DNA from: Deltaproteobacteria bacterium GWA2_45_12
Lineage (GTDB): Bacteria; UBA10199
NCBI GenBank assembly: GCA_001797365.1
Contig: MGPH01000028.1
Coordinates: 5,687-69,686 of the forward strand
Direction of reading: 5' to 3'
DNA length: 64,000 nucleotides
Shown: one piece after another, positions 25,984-37,044 of the stretch
Layout of the letters: each line of letters starts with the position of its first letter
Numbering within the stretch: the stretch's first letter is position 1
Position numbers and translations under genes: made by a program
Notes under the pieces: generated by a model
What the model was told of the DNA's origin: nothing
Database searches by the model: none
What the model saw: only the letters and a program-made list of their open reading frames with translations

Positions 25984-26901
25984 ATGAATGATCCAAGTTT
26001 TGAGGTTTTTAGGGAGGCTCTCTTGCACGAAAAGCAAGCTTCCCCCCATACGGTTAAAAACTACCTCCATGATCTCAAAGAGTTTTGGGGATACCTGCAT
26101 CAATTCAGTCCAGAATGTATAAATAATAAAAAACTTGAACTAAATAAAGTTAACCCATTAATACTAAGGGGGTTTTTATCTTTTATATTTCAAGGGAAAA
26201 GTCCTGCTACTGTAGCGCGAAAACTTTCGACTTTGCGAACTTTCTTTCATTTTTGGGTTAAAAGAGGTGTTTTAAGCCAGAACCCGGCCAAGGCGATTTC
26301 ATCCCCAAAAATTCCCAAAAAATTGCCCCGTTTTTTAAATGTGGATGAAATTTTTGCCCTTTTAGATATTGCGGTAACCGACGATTTTCAGGGAAGACGG
26401 GATTGTGCCATCTTGGAATTACTTTATTCATCGGGCTTACGCGTTAGTGAACTGGTGGGGCTGGATGAAACCTGTGTTGATTTGGAAAACAGGTTGGTTA
26501 AAGTCTTGGGAAAGGGACGCAAAGAGCGTATTGTGCCCGTGGGGAAAAAAGCCATTGAAAAACTGAAAATCTACTTGGAAAAACGGGATAAAGTATTGGC
26601 CCAATTAAAAACGACAAACAAAACATCGTCTGTTTTTTTAAATCGTAGGGGCGAGCGTCTGAATGTAAGGAGTGTTCAACGTTTGGTGAGGCAGGCTTTA
26701 GTCAGATCGGGGTTGGGTAAAGAAATATCGCCCCATGGCTTACGGCACACTTTTGCCACCCATTTATTGAATGCCGGGGCCGATTTGCGGTCCATTCAAG
26801 AACTCTTGGGGCATGCAAATTTGTCAACCACCCAAAAATATACCCATGTCAATGTGGAACAATTGATGAAGGTGTATGATTCGGCGCATCCAAAGGCATG
26901 A
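25984..26901 (+). CDS. xerC: tyrosine recombinase XerC
   Basis: HGLRHTFATHLL..LGHANLSTTQKYTHV catalytic box. Classical xerC-hslV-hslU synteny. Confidence 0.9.
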   Translation: MNDPSFEVFREALLHEKQASPHTVKNYLHDLKEFWGYLHQFSPECINNKKLELNKVNPLILRGFLSFIFQGKSPATVARKLSTLRTFFHFWVKRGVLSQNPAKAISSPKIPKKLPRFLNVDEIFALLDIAVTDDFQGRRDCAILELLYSSGLRVSELVGLDETCVDLENRLVKVLGKGRKERIVPVGKKAIEKLKIYLEKRDKVLAQLKTTNKTSSVFLNRRGERLNVRSVQRLVRQALVRSGLGKEISPHGLRHTFATHLLNAGADLRSIQELLGHANLSTTQKYTHVNVEQLMKVYDSAHPKA

Positions 26902-26925
26902 GGGATATAACGAATTGACAAAAAC

Positions 26926-27000
26926 GTAGGGGCGAACCTTGCCTGCCCGCCTCAGGAGGGTATTCGCCCTGAAATGGGCGATCACAAGGATCGCCCCTAC
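26926..27000. repeat. Family-1 MITE-like element with 10 bp TIR (gtaggggcga / tcgcccctac)
   Basis: Lies between xerC and hslV. Confidence 0.75.
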
Positions 27001-27013
27001 ATAGGAGAATTAA

Positions 27014-27553
27014 ATGCAAGAAAAAATAAAAAGCACAACAATCCTGGCCGTTTTGCGTGACGGCAACCTGGCCCTGGCGGGTGATGGGCAGGTGACCTTC
27101 AATCAAACGGTCCTTAAATCAAATACAAAAAAAATCCGGACCCTTCATGATGGAAAAGTATTGGCCGGCTTTGCCGGATCAACAGCAGATGCTTTTACTT
27201 TATTTGAGAAGTTTGAGGTAAAGCTTAACGAATATAATGGCCAGCTTGTGCGCGCGGCTGTTGAAATGGCCAAGGAATGGCGCATGGATAAAATGCTGCG
27301 TCGCCTGGAAGCCATGCTTTTGGTGGCGGACAAATCAAATATTCTGGTTTTATCAGGTAATGGGGACGTCATTGATAATGAAGATGGCATTGCAGCCATT
27401 GGGTCCGGTGGCCCCTTTGCACTGGCCGCGGCACGTTCTTTGGCCAGGCACACAAAACTTCCGGCCAAGGATATTGTCATGGAGGCCATGAAGGTGGCTT
27501 CTGAAATCTGTATTTACACCAATAACCAAATTGTTTTAGAAGAGATTTCTTAA
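27014..27553 (+). CDS. hslV: ATP-dependent protease subunit HslV
   Basis: [11 protein letters not shown]-terminal Thr protease motif. Confidence 0.95.
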   Translation: MQEKIKSTTILAVLRDGNLALAGDGQVTFNQTVLKSNTKKIRTLHDGKVLAGFAGSTADAFTLFEKFEVKLNEYNGQLVRAAVEMAKEWRMDKMLRRLEAMLLVADKSNILVLSGNGDVIDNEDGIAAIGSGGPFALAAARSLARHTKLPAKDIVMEAMKVASEICIYTNNQIVLEEIS

Positions 27554-27555
27554 TT

Positions 27556-28983
27556 ATGTCCAACGACTTAAAAAACTTTATCCCGCGCGAAATTGTGTCC
27601 GAGCTTGATCGGTTCATCATCGGCCAGCACGAAGCCAAAAGGGCCGTGGCCATTGCCATGCGCAATCGTTGGCGAAGGCAACAAGTGAGTGCCGACCTTA
27701 AGGATGAAATCACCCCCAAGAACATCATTATGATTGGCCCCACCGGTGTGGGAAAAACGGAGATTGCCCGGCGCCTTTCAAAACTGGCCAATGCCCCCTT
27801 CATCAAGGTGGAAGCCTCCAAATTTACGGAAGTGGGTTATGTGGGGAAGGATGTCGAATCGATGATTCGTGAGCTTTTGGACACGGCCATCAATATGGTT
27901 CGCTCCGAAGAAGAAGAAAAAGTCAAAGTAAAGGCCGAGGAGTTGGCGGAAGAACGATTGCTTGATTTGCTTCTTCCCAAAAAATCGCAACGCCCAAAGC
28001 AGGCGGCCCCTCTTTCACAGGAGGGAGGAATGGTTTTTGATGTACCGATCCAGGAACCACCGCCTTCTTTGGTAGAAGAAGAAAAAGACGATACTCGTGA
28101 AAAAATGAAGCTGATGCTCCGAACGGGGAAACTAGATAACCGCAGTGTTGAATTGCAGCCCGATGCCGGTCCACGTTCCGGTGGAATGCCCATGATCGAA
28201 GTGGTGACAGCCGGTGGCAGCCTGGAAGATATCGGAAAAAATTTGCGAGAAATGTTTTCAGGCATGATGCCCGCGGGGCGTAAACGAAAAAAGGTGAAAG
28301 TGCCAGAGGCGCTTAAAATTCTTACAACCGAGGAAGCCGCCAAATTAATAGAAATGGATGAGGTAGTTAAAAAAGCCATTGTTCGTGTCGAGCAAAATGG
28401 AATCGTGTTTATCGATGAAATTGACAAAATCGCTTCGCGTGAAGGCTCTGGCCGCGGGCCCGATGTTTCACGCGAGGGGGTGCAACGCGATATTTTACCC
28501 ATTGTTGAAGGGAGCACTGTCAGTACGCGTTATGGAATGGTAAAGACCGATCATATCTTGTTTGTGGCGGCGGGGGCGTTTCATGTTTCAAAGCCCTCCG
28601 ATCTTATTCCTGAATTACAGGGGCGTTTTCCCATTCGTGTGGAATTGCAATCGCTTAAAGAAGAAGATTTTATCCGTATTTTAACAGAACCCCAAAACTC
28701 ACTGTCAAAACAGTACAAGGCGCTTTTGGCCACCGAAGGGGTTGAACTTGATCTTACTGAAGAGGGTTTAAGGGAAGTAGCGAAGTTGGCCGCATTGGCC
28801 AATGAACAAATGGAAAATATCGGAGCTCGCAGGCTTTACACCATTATGGAACGTGTTTTGGATGAAATATCCTTTGATGCCAGCGAAAAATCGGGACAAA
28901 AGTTTGTTGTAGATGCCAAGTATGTAAGACAATGCTTGGCCACGGTGATGAAAAACCAGGATTTGAGTCGTTATATTTTGTAA
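27556..28983 (+). CDS. hslU: ATP-dependent protease ATPase subunit HslU
   Basis: [16 protein letters not shown] Walker A, 475 aa. Confidence 0.95.
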   Translation: MSNDLKNFIPREIVSELDRFIIGQHEAKRAVAIAMRNRWRRQQVSADLKDEITPKNIIMIGPTGVGKTEIARRLSKLANAPFIKVEASKFTEVGYVGKDVESMIRELLDTAINMVRSEEEEKVKVKAEELAEERLLDLLLPKKSQRPKQAAPLSQEGGMVFDVPIQEPPPSLVEEEKDDTREKMKLMLRTGKLDNRSVELQPDAGPRSGGMPMIEVVTAGGSLEDIGKNLREMFSGMMPAGRKRKKVKVPEALKILTTEEAAKLIEMDEVVKKAIVRVEQNGIVFIDEIDKIASREGSGRGPDVSREGVQRDILPIVEGSTVSTRYGMVKTDHILFVAAGAFHVSKPSDLIPELQGRFPIRVELQSLKEEDFIRILTEPQNSLSKQYKALLATEGVELDLTEEGLREVAKLAALANEQMENIGARRLYTIMERVLDEISFDASEKSGQKFVVDAKYVRQCLATVMKNQDLSRYIL

Positions 28984-28989
28984 ATGTTT

Positions 28990-29050
28990 GGTCCCCAAGC
29001 GAAGTGGTCCCCGAGCGGAGTCGAGGGGTCGAAGGGCCATCTCGACTCCG
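28990..29050. repeat. Family-2 repeat immediately 5' of argB
   Basis: Near-identical to 24903-24968. Confidence 0.8.
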
Positions 29051-29089
29051 TTTGGTACCCGTTCATCGATTAGATTTACGGAGAAAATA

Positions 29090-29971
29090 ATGGAAGAACT
29101 GATCGAAAAAGCAAAAATCTTGATGGAAGCCCTTCCCTATATTCAAAGATTCAAGGGAAAGCGCCTGGTTGTTAAATATGGCGGACATGCCATGGAAGAT
29201 GAAGGGCTCAAGAAAAGTTTTGCGCGGGATGTCATCATGATGAAGCTGATCGGGCTACATCCGGTGATTGTGCACGGGGGCGGGCCACAAATAGAAAAAG
29301 TGTTGAAGCAAATGGGTATTGAACCCAAGTTTCATAACGGAGTTCGTATTACCGATTCGGACACCATGGATGTGGTTGAAATGGTGTTGGTTGGGAAAGT
29401 GAACAAGGAAATAGTCGGGCTCATCAATTTAAACGGTGGTTCTGCCCTTGGTTTTTCCGGCAAAGATGGCCAGCTTATCCAGGCCTCCAGAATGGATCCG
29501 CAGAAAGTAAAAAAGACAAAAAAAACCTCCGAGCTCATCGATATGGGCTTGGTGGGGGTTGTTGATAAAATCAATACGGATGTGATCACAAAGATGGAAG
29601 ACTCGCTTTTTATTCCCGTCATTGCCCCTGTGGGGGTTTCCGAGACGGGCGAGTCGCTTAATATTAATGCCGATTTCGTGGCGGCCAATGTGGCAGGGGC
29701 TTTAAAGGCCGAAAAATTATTGCTGATGACGGATATTAACGGAGTTAAAAACAAGGAAGAAAGTCTTATCCCCACACTCACCCTGGCTGAAAGCAAAAAA
29801 TTGATTGATACAGGTGTGGCGACAGGGGGGATGATTCCAAAACTTAAATGTGCGATGGAGGCTTTGGAAAAAGGGGTACAGTCGGTCCATATTATTGATG
29901 GCCGGGTTCAACATGCCCTTCTTCTTGAAATTTTCACTGATAAAGGGGTTGGAACCCTTATCACCCATTAA
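29090..29971 (+). CDS. argB: acetylglutamate kinase
   Basis: VVKYGGHAM .. HGGGPQI motifs. ATG 29090 follows gagaaaataa. Confidence 0.9.
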   Translation: MEELIEKAKILMEALPYIQRFKGKRLVVKYGGHAMEDEGLKKSFARDVIMMKLIGLHPVIVHGGGPQIEKVLKQMGIEPKFHNGVRITDSDTMDVVEMVLVGKVNKEIVGLINLNGGSALGFSGKDGQLIQASRMDPQKVKKTKKTSELIDMGLVGVVDKINTDVITKMEDSLFIPVIAPVGVSETGESLNINADFVAANVAGALKAEKLLLMTDINGVKNKEESLIPTLTLAESKKLIDTGVATGGMIPKLKCAMEALEKGVQSVHIIDGRVQHALLLEIFTDKGVGTLITH

Positions 29972-29986
29972 TATTTTTCAACGATC

Positions 29987-31207
29987 ATGTCTCCCAAAAA
30001 ACCCCCAATTTTGCCGACCCATGATTTATTCCAAAAATATGTTTTGCCCACCTATGCCCGCATTCCTCTTTCTTTTGTCAAGGGGAGGGGAGCCACTCTT
30101 TGGGATGAATCAGGAAAAAAATATCTCGATTTTGTCGCGGGTGTGGCTGTAAACAATTTGGGTTATGCTCATCCGGCCATGGTCAAGGCCATTAAAGCCC
30201 AGGCAGTGCGGCTTATTCACTTGTCTAATTTGTATGAAATAAGGGAGCAGGGGTTGCTGGCTTCCGAATTAATAAAATATTCCGGCCTGGATAAGGCTTT
30301 TTTTTGCAATTCAGGAGCTGAAGCTGTTGAAGCCTGTATCAAACTGGCCAGGTATTACAGCATCAAGAATTATTCTTCAGACAGGTATGAAATTATTGTT
30401 TGTGAAAACTCGTTTCATGGAAGAACCTTGGGCGCTTTATCGGCCACGGCACAAAAGAAATACCGGGAAGGTTTTGGCCCTCTGGTGGAAGGATTTAAAA
30501 TTGTCCCTTATGACGATATTGAAAAAATTTCCGGGGCCATTACAGAAAAAACGTGCGCTGTGTTGGTAGAGCCCGTTCAGGGCGAAGGCGGAGTCAATAT
30601 CCCTGATGCTTCCTATTTGTCCCGTTTAAGAGAACTGTGTTCCCAAAAAAATATTTTGCTTATCTTAGACGAGGTGCAGGTGGGGATGGGGAGGCTTGGT
30701 TCTTTGTTTGCTTATCAGCAAACCGGCATTACTCCCGACATGGTGGCCTTGGCTAAGGGCTTGGGCTGTGGCTTTCCTGTGGGCGCTGTTTTGGCTTCCG
30801 ATAAAATCGCATCGGTGGCCAGACCCGGCATTCATGCTTCCACCTTTGGAGGAAATCCCCTGGCGTGTGCTGTAGGGTTGGCTATTTTATCGGTTATTTC
30901 AAAAAAATCTTTTTTGGAAAAGATTCTGGAAAAAGGATCGTATTTCCTGCAAATTCTCCATAAGCTTAAAGAAAAACATCCTGTGATTGAAAACGTACGT
31001 GGACGTGGTTTGATGCTGGCCTGTGATTTAAAAGACGATTTGGCATCACAGGTTGTAGCCAAAGCCAGGGACAAAGGAATGCTCTTTAATTGTATCCAAA
31101 ATAAAACTCTGCGTTTCGTTCCCCCTTTGGTTGTTACAAAGGCAGAAATTAAAAAAGCGGCCCTTATCCTCGACCAAATCCTGGGCGAGCTAAATATGAC
31201 ATCTTAA
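29987..31207 (+). CDS. argD: acetylornithine aminotransferase
   Basis: Class-III PLP aminotransferase motifs (LILDEVQVGMGRLG). Confidence 0.9.
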   Translation: MSPKKPPILPTHDLFQKYVLPTYARIPLSFVKGRGATLWDESGKKYLDFVAGVAVNNLGYAHPAMVKAIKAQAVRLIHLSNLYEIREQGLLASELIKYSGLDKAFFCNSGAEAVEACIKLARYYSIKNYSSDRYEIIVCENSFHGRTLGALSATAQKKYREGFGPLVEGFKIVPYDDIEKISGAITEKTCAVLVEPVQGEGGVNIPDASYLSRLRELCSQKNILLILDEVQVGMGRLGSLFAYQQTGITPDMVALAKGLGCGFPVGAVLASDKIASVARPGIHASTFGGNPLACAVGLAILSVISKKSFLEKILEKGSYFLQILHKLKEKHPVIENVRGRGLMLACDLKDDLASQVVAKARDKGMLFNCIQNKTLRFVPPLVVTKAEIKKAALILDQILGELNMTS

Positions 31208-31228
31208 ATGATTGTGTATGTTCTCATA

Positions 31229-31308
31229 TCGTCATTCCCGAGTGCTTTTATCGGGAATCTACATTGCTCAAATAGTGGATCCCCGACAAAATCATTCGGG
31301 GATGACAG
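31229..31308. repeat. two inverted copies of a ~28 nt hairpin element (gtcattcccgagtgcttttatcgggaat / atccccgacaaaatcattcggggatgac)
   Basis: Convergent hairpins in the argD-argF spacer. Confidence 0.6.
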
Positions 31309-31344
31309 AAATGCGCAGTTATTTATGACGCTAAAATATAATAA

Positions 31345-32235
31345 ATGAAACATTGTCTTACATTAAAAAATTTGGGGGCCGAAACCATTTTATCCATTTT
31401 GGATAGAGCCCTTTATTTCAAAAAAAATCGTCAGCCACTGACTCTTTTAAATGGGAAGGTGTTGGGACTTATCTTTGAAAAAGAATCAACGCGTACGCGT
31501 ATTTCATTTGAGGTAGCCATGGGAAGGCTGGGGGGCACCAGTATTTATCTCAGCCAGTCTTCAAGCCAGATTTCCCGTGGGGAAACCTATGCGGATACCG
31601 CCCGGGTTTTATCGCGTTATCTGGATGCCCTTGTTTTGCGTGCTTATTCCCAGGCCGATCTGGAAGAATTGGCAAGCCATGCTTCCATTCCTGTGATTAA
31701 TGGATTAACCGATGACGCCCATCCTTGTCAGGTGCTTGCCGATCTTATGACCATCCTGGAGAAAAAAGGGAAATGGGATGATTTGAAAATCGCCTACATT
31801 GGTGATGGCAACAATATGACAAACACCTGGATTGAAGCGGCCCTGTTATTGAATTTTAATCTTCACGTGGCCTGTCCCAAGGGATATGGGCCTTCCAAAG
31901 AACTTGTTTCTAGTGTTAAAGGAATTGAGTCCATTGGATTAACATCTAAACCGCTTGAGGCGGTGGCTCATGCCGATGTAATCAATACGGACACTTGGTT
32001 TTCAATGGGGCAAAAGGTTTCCCAGGCAAAAAGAAAAAAATTCAAGGGGTTTCAGATCAACCGGGCCCTGCTTCAAAAAGCGAGTCCCGATGTCATTGTG
32101 CTTCACTGCCTGCCGGCCCATCGCGGAGAAGAAATAACTGATGAGGTTTTAGATGGCCCCCATTCTGTGGTTTTTGATGAGGCGGAAAACAGGCTGTATG
32201 TGCAAATGGCTTTGTTGGAATATTTGTTAACGTAG
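31345..32235 (+). CDS. argF: ornithine carbamoyltransferase
   Basis: STRTRISFE and HCLP motifs. The stop TAG is again inside a gTAGggg repeat. Confidence 0.9.
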   Translation: MKHCLTLKNLGAETILSILDRALYFKKNRQPLTLLNGKVLGLIFEKESTRTRISFEVAMGRLGGTSIYLSQSSSQISRGETYADTARVLSRYLDALVLRAYSQADLEELASHASIPVINGLTDDAHPCQVLADLMTILEKKGKWDDLKIAYIGDGNNMTNTWIEAALLLNFNLHVACPKGYGPSKELVSSVKGIESIGLTSKPLEAVAHADVINTDTWFSMGQKVSQAKRKKFKGFQINRALLQKASPDVIVLHCLPAHRGEEITDEVLDGPHSVVFDEAENRLYVQMALLEYLLT

Positions 32236-32255
32236 GGGCGCTGCTTGCTGCGCCC
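32233..32255. repeat. Family-1 half-site gtaggggcgctgcttgctgcgccc
   Basis: Identical to the arm at 12453-12476. Confidence 0.8.
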
Positions 32256-32275
32256 ATGATAGGGAGAGCGATTTC

Positions 32276-33481
32276 ATGACAAAAAAAATCAAAAAAGTAG
32301 TTCTCGCTTACTCTGGTGGTTTGGATACTTCCGTCATTTTAAGATGGCTTATCGAGACATATCAGTGCGAGGTTGTCTGTTTTGCGGCTGATTTGGGGCA
32401 GGGAGAAGAGTTGGACCATCTGGATGAAAAAGCCAAAAAGACGGGTGCTTCCAAAATTTATATTGATGATCTTCGGGAAGAGTTTGTGCGGGACTTTGTT
32501 TTTCCTATGTTGCGTGCGAATACGGTTTATGAAGGCAGTTATTTGTTGGGAACTTCCATTGCCCGTCCTTTAATTGCCAAACGTCAGATTGAAATTGCCC
32601 TAAAAGAAGGTTGTGATGCCGTTTCCCACGGGGCCACAGGCAAGGGCAATGATCAGGTGCGTTTTGAACTTACTTACTACGCCTTAAAGCCGGACATTCA
32701 TGTGATTGCCCCCTGGCGCGAGTGGTCCCTTGATTCACGTCAGTCCCTCCTTGATTATGCGGCCAAGCACGGCATCCCTGTGCCCGTCACACCCAAAAAA
32801 CCTTACAGCTCTGACCGTAATTTGTTGCACATCAGTTTTGAAGGAGGAATTTTGGAAGACCCCTGGAAGGCGCCCCCTGATGATATGTTCCTCCTTTCGG
32901 TTTCTCCTGAAGACGCCCCTGACAAGCCCGAGATTATTGAAATCGACTATGAAAAAGGAAACCCTGTTGCGGTCAATGGTGAAAAATTGAGCCCGGCTAT
33001 GTTGCTTGCCAAATTAAACATGCTTGGTGGCAAACATGGAATAGGCCGTGTGGATCTTGTTGAAAACCGTTTTGTGGGCATGAAAAGCCGTGGCGTTTAT
33101 GAAACTCCGGGCGGTTCCATTTTACATGTGGCTCACCGCGCTGTTGAGTCGCTGACCATGGACCGCGAAGTCTTGCATTTAAGGGATGGTCTCATCCCTA
33201 AATATTCCGAGCTTGTTTATTACGGCTTTTGGTATGCCCCCGAACGCGAACTTCTCCAAAACCTGATTGATGACTCACAATCAAACGTCACAGGCACGGC
33301 GCGTTTGAAACTTTATAAGGGTAATATCACTGTGTTGGGCCGAAAGGCAAAGGCCAGTCTTTTTAACCAGGAAATTGCCACTTTTGAAAAAGACACCGTC
33401 TACAACCAAAAAGATGCCGAGGGCTTCATCAAATTGAATGCCCTTCGCTTGCGTATTCGTAAAATGGTTGGGATTTCATAA
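32276..33481 (+). CDS. argG: argininosuccinate synthase
   Basis: [13 protein letters not shown]-loop. Confidence 0.95.
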   Translation: MTKKIKKVVLAYSGGLDTSVILRWLIETYQCEVVCFAADLGQGEELDHLDEKAKKTGASKIYIDDLREEFVRDFVFPMLRANTVYEGSYLLGTSIARPLIAKRQIEIALKEGCDAVSHGATGKGNDQVRFELTYYALKPDIHVIAPWREWSLDSRQSLLDYAAKHGIPVPVTPKKPYSSDRNLLHISFEGGILEDPWKAPPDDMFLLSVSPEDAPDKPEIIEIDYEKGNPVAVNGEKLSPAMLLAKLNMLGGKHGIGRVDLVENRFVGMKSRGVYETPGGSILHVAHRAVESLTMDREVLHLRDGLIPKYSELVYYGFWYAPERELLQNLIDDSQSNVTGTARLKLYKGNITVLGRKAKASLFNQEIATFEKDTVYNQKDAEGFIKLNALRLRIRKMVGIS

Positions 33482-33491
33482 AAAATGTTAT

Positions 33492-33552
33492 GGTTCGACG
33501 GAGCTCACCATGTCCGATATAAGGACACCCTGAGCTTGTCGAAGGGTTGATC
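33492..33552. repeat. short MITE derivative (both terminal modules back to back)
   Basis: Sequence ggttcgacggagctcaccatgtcc ... ggacaccctgagcttgtcgaaggg. Confidence 0.6.
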
Positions 33553-33586
33553 TGAAGACTTCTTTTAAAAAAAAATTATTTTTGAC

Positions 33587-34933
33587 ATGAAAAGCTCAGT
33601 TAGAAAATTTACTTTTCTTTTTGTTATTCTTTTTCCAGCTCTGGCCAGCGCTCAAGGGAGTGGTGTCCTACGACTCAACTTTAATCAATGTGTCACCATG
33701 GCCCTTCGTGAAAATGGCCAGATTTTAGCCTCTGTTCAGGATATTGAGGTTTCCAAGGCCAAACGGATTGAAGCTCATCCCAACTTCATTCCTGTCATAA
33801 AATATCAGCATCGCATAGCCCCCGTGCCCGAAGACACAGACAATGCTTCCGGCAGTTTTTTTGACGGGGATATCAGTGTATTTAACAATTTCAAGGTGGA
33901 AGTGGGAAGTGCCGTGAGCACTTTTGGAAAAATCAAGACGGCCCAAGAATTGGCAGAGCTGGGGATTGATGCGGCCGAACTTAAAAGTCAAAGATCAGCC
34001 GATGAAACTATCCTGAAAATTTATCAGGTCTATCAGGGAATTTTGTTGGCACGTGACCTGAAGGCTTTAGGCAAACAGGCCCATGATGCCCTTCAGGGAA
34101 AAATTAACGAGCTTGAAAAAGATTCAGTCCACGACCAGCTTCAAATCTTGCGGCTTAAGGTGGCTATCTATGAAGTTGAACGCAAACTGGAAGAAGCCAA
34201 CAAAAAAGAAGAGCTTGCTCTCAGTGGTTTAAAATTGCTTATTGGTGTTGACCATGATGCCCCTGTTGATTTGATGGATGTGGATTTAAAGCAGGTTTCC
34301 TATAAAGTTTTGTCCTTGAATGCTTATGTTGATAAGGCCCATCAGTATTTGCCCGAATATAAACTTTTAGCCACGGGCATAGAGGCTCTTGAGAAAAAAC
34401 TGAAACTGGAAAAACTTAATTATGCGCCCAACCTGGGGATGGGTGGTTTTTTTGATATCGGACGGGCCCCCAACATAAGGGGAAGCAGCAGTGATGAGGA
34501 TAGTTTTAATAATCCTTTTAACTTTACCAAGGCAGGGATTGGTTTTGAGCTGAAAGGGGAGCTCGATTTTGTCAAAACGCGCGCCAAGGTAAAACAAGCC
34601 CAGGCGGAGCTCAATAAAAGTTTGCTTGAAAAGAAAACAGCTTTTCAGGCTTTGGATCTGGATATTGAAAAATCCTATCTTGACCTTAGAGAAGCGGAAA
34701 CTCTTTTGACCCAGGCCATCGAAGCAAAAAAAGCGGCCCGCCAAATGGTTTTTTTAACCAAGAGTAATATGGATATTGGCATTGGTGAAAAAAAGGATTA
34801 TTTGGAGGCCATTCAGTCCTATCTTATTTTTCAGGGTAGGGAATTGGAGGCTATTTTTAACTACAATCTGGCGGTTTATTCGTTAAAGAGAAAAATCGGT
34901 GAGCTTATCCCAAAAAATACGATGAAATCTTAA
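33587..34933 (+). CDS. TolC-like outer membrane efflux protein
   Basis: Signal peptide. Two-repeat OEP helical architecture. Confidence 0.75.
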   Translation: MKSSVRKFTFLFVILFPALASAQGSGVLRLNFNQCVTMALRENGQILASVQDIEVSKAKRIEAHPNFIPVIKYQHRIAPVPEDTDNASGSFFDGDISVFNNFKVEVGSAVSTFGKIKTAQELAELGIDAAELKSQRSADETILKIYQVYQGILLARDLKALGKQAHDALQGKINELEKDSVHDQLQILRLKVAIYEVERKLEEANKKEELALSGLKLLIGVDHDAPVDLMDVDLKQVSYKVLSLNAYVDKAHQYLPEYKLLATGIEALEKKLKLEKLNYAPNLGMGGFFDIGRAPNIRGSSSDEDSFNNPFNFTKAGIGFELKGELDFVKTRAKVKQAQAELNKSLLEKKTAFQALDLDIEKSYLDLREAETLLTQAIEAKKAARQMVFLTKSNMDIGIGEKKDYLEAIQSYLIFQGRELEAIFNYNLAVYSLKRKIGELIPKNTMKS

Positions 34934-34942
34934 GGAGATGAC

Positions 34943-35656
34943 ATGAAACTTTATTCTCTGGTTCTTGGTTTATTTTTATTGGCTCTTTTATCCGGGTGTG
35001 GAAAGGGGTGTAGCTCCCAGCAATCACAGGAAGCCATTATTCCTTCATCGGATCCACTGGCTCAACAGGAAGAAACCTTGACTCCCTTGCCCCCGGACAA
35101 GTTTCCCACACCCACCCAGGCCATTCAGGATTTGGACAAGAAAGTTGAATCTTACAAAACAGGTCCTGGTTTAACTTCTGAAGACGTGCAGGACAATCTG
35201 AAGCTTAAAGCAAAAATTATCCGTGGCACCTTTGATTTGTATGAATTGTGCCGCTTGGCTCTGGATAAACACTGGGAGCCTTTATCCGAAAAAGACCGGC
35301 ATTATTTTAGCGATTTGATGACCCGCCTTTTGGAACGAAAAGCCATTTTTTCAAAGGAACAAGTCAAAGACCAATCAAAACCGTACAAGATCCAATACAA
35401 GAGTGAAAGCTATCTTGATGCCGAAAAAACCATGGCCAAGGTTTCAAGTATTCTTTTTGTGCCCTCCGAAAAGATTGATTTAAACATCCATTATCTTCTG
35501 AAAAAAACACCGTATGGATGGAGAATATACGATGTCATCGTCGATGACGCTTCCCTGGTTGAAAACTATAAATTTCAATTCAACACCATTATTACAAAAA
35601 ATGGTTATCCCAATCTTATTGAACGCATGGAAAACAAACTGAAGGAAATGCAATGA
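34943..35656 (+). CDS. mlaC: MlaC/Ttg2D-family phospholipid-binding lipoprotein
   Basis: Lipobox LLSGC. The WRIYDVIVDDASLVENYKFQFNTII block is typical of MlaC. Confidence 0.75.
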   Translation: MKLYSLVLGLFLLALLSGCGKGCSSQQSQEAIIPSSDPLAQQEETLTPLPPDKFPTPTQAIQDLDKKVESYKTGPGLTSEDVQDNLKLKAKIIRGTFDLYELCRLALDKHWEPLSEKDRHYFSDLMTRLLERKAIFSKEQVKDQSKPYKIQYKSESYLDAEKTMAKVSSILFVPSEKIDLNIHYLLKKTPYGWRIYDVIVDDASLVENYKFQFNTIITKNGYPNLIERMENKLKEMQ

Positions 35657-37032
35657 AACGTTGCATTCTTTTTTTGGCCGATGGAGCCAGGCCCGATGTT
35701 TTGCAAGATGAGTTAAAGAAGGGGCATCTTCCAAACCTGGCCCGTTATTTTGCCGAAAAGGGCGTTTCTACTTCCATGGTCACGGCTTTTCCTTCCACTA
35801 CGGGGCCGGCCTATCTTCCTTATTTAACGGGTCTTCATCCGGGGCCTTGCAATGTGCCGGGCATTCGCTGGTTTGATAAAGACCATTATGCCAAGCACGG
35901 TTGGGGTTTTAAAAGTTTCCGCAGTTATGTCGGGCTTGAAACCATGTTATTGCCTTCCGATTTGGATCCGAAGGTACGGACTATCTTTGAACTTTCAAAA
36001 AATCCGGTGAGCATCCTCAATAATATTCGACGCAAGTTCGGAAAGGGGGTTGATAAAACGAGCGGGATGAGAATCTGGTATGTTTATTACGCCCATTTGA
36101 CCGACCATTGGTCATTTGTGGATACGGCCATGACCAACAAGGCACTAGCCGCCATCGATGACGATTTTGACTTCATGTTTGTGGTATTCCCGGGCATCGA
36201 TGAATATTCCCATCGCTCCAGCCCGTTTCATTCCAGGGCAAGACAGGCCTATAAAGAGTTGGACGCTAATGTAGGAAAGATCATTGAAAAACTTCAATCA
36301 AAAAACATGTATGAAGATACTCTCTTGGCCATTGTCGCTGACCATGGGCTTTCGGAAACACATACGCATTTTGACATTGGTCCCTTTCTGGATTCAAAAG
36401 GAATCAAAACCTTTTACTACACCAATATTTTTAAATTCAATTTTGAAGCGGCTTCCATGGTTTCAGGCAATGGGATGACCCACCTTTATTTCAAGGGAAA
36501 AAAAGGTTGGGAAGGGCGCCTCTTTTTTGAAGACTTGCAAGAGCAGGGGCTACTCTTAGATGAGTTGCGATTAAGGCCCGAGGTGGATATCTTGGCCTGT
36601 CAAGGGCAGGATGGCAGTATTCATTTGCTTACCGAGCGGGGACATGGGGCGTATAAGGTGAATGAAGGAAACCTGGTTTATCGATGGACGCATGGAGAGC
36701 CCTTGGGCATTTGGGCGAATAGCCAGAAGGAAGTAGCTCTTGACCTGGATGCTTCCATCGATGCCACTTTTGATTCCCATTATCCTGATATCTTCATGCA
36801 ATTATATCTTTTGTTTCAGTCCCCCCGATGTGGGGATGTGATTGTTTCAGCCAAGCCCGGCTTTGATTTGCGTGAAAAGTACGAACACCCCGAACACAAA
36901 GCATCGCATGGTTCGCTTTGCCCTGAGCATATGTTGGTTCCTTTGCTTTTAAATAAGAAACTTTCCTTCCCCCCAAATAGAAAACACATCCGTTCGATGG
37001 ATGTGTTTTCGATGATAAGAGATTTTATATGA
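35653..37032 (+). CDS. alkaline-phosphatase-like (type I phosphodiesterase/nucleotide pyrophosphatase family) protein
   Basis: ILFLADGARPDVL metal-site motif, 459 aa. Confidence 0.7.
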   Translation: MKRCILFLADGARPDVLQDELKKGHLPNLARYFAEKGVSTSMVTAFPSTTGPAYLPYLTGLHPGPCNVPGIRWFDKDHYAKHGWGFKSFRSYVGLETMLLPSDLDPKVRTIFELSKNPVSILNNIRRKFGKGVDKTSGMRIWYVYYAHLTDHWSFVDTAMTNKALAAIDDDFDFMFVVFPGIDEYSHRSSPFHSRARQAYKELDANVGKIIEKLQSKNMYEDTLLAIVADHGLSETHTHFDIGPFLDSKGIKTFYYTNIFKFNFEAASMVSGNGMTHLYFKGKKGWEGRLFFEDLQEQGLLLDELRLRPEVDILACQGQDGSIHLLTERGHGAYKVNEGNLVYRWTHGEPLGIWANSQKEVALDLDASIDATFDSHYPDIFMQLYLLFQSPRCGDVIVSAKPGFDLREKYEHPEHKASHGSLCPEHMLVPLLLNKKLSFPPNRKHIRSMDVFSMIRDFI

Positions 37033-37044
37033 ATTCTATTGGTT

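Noticed and set aside
25984-26901. Tyrosine recombinase as evidence of an integrative element.
   Set aside because: It has the XerC catalytic box and sits in the canonical xerC-hslV-hslU housekeeping arrangement. It is not adjacent to the tRNA or to any cargo.
18813-29089. N-terminal extensions MVPERSRRDGV.., [11 protein letters not shown].., [14 protein letters not shown].. on lipA, etfA and argB in the ORF track.
   Set aside because: These are in-frame translations of the Family-2 palindromic repeat. Canonical ATG starts with RBS lie downstream (18876, 24995, 29090).
31208-31344. ARG box (ArgR operator) in the argD-argF spacer or upstream of argB.
   Set aside because: No convincing TnTGAAT-w4-ATTCAnA pair was found. 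The spacer is occupied by hairpin repeats instead.
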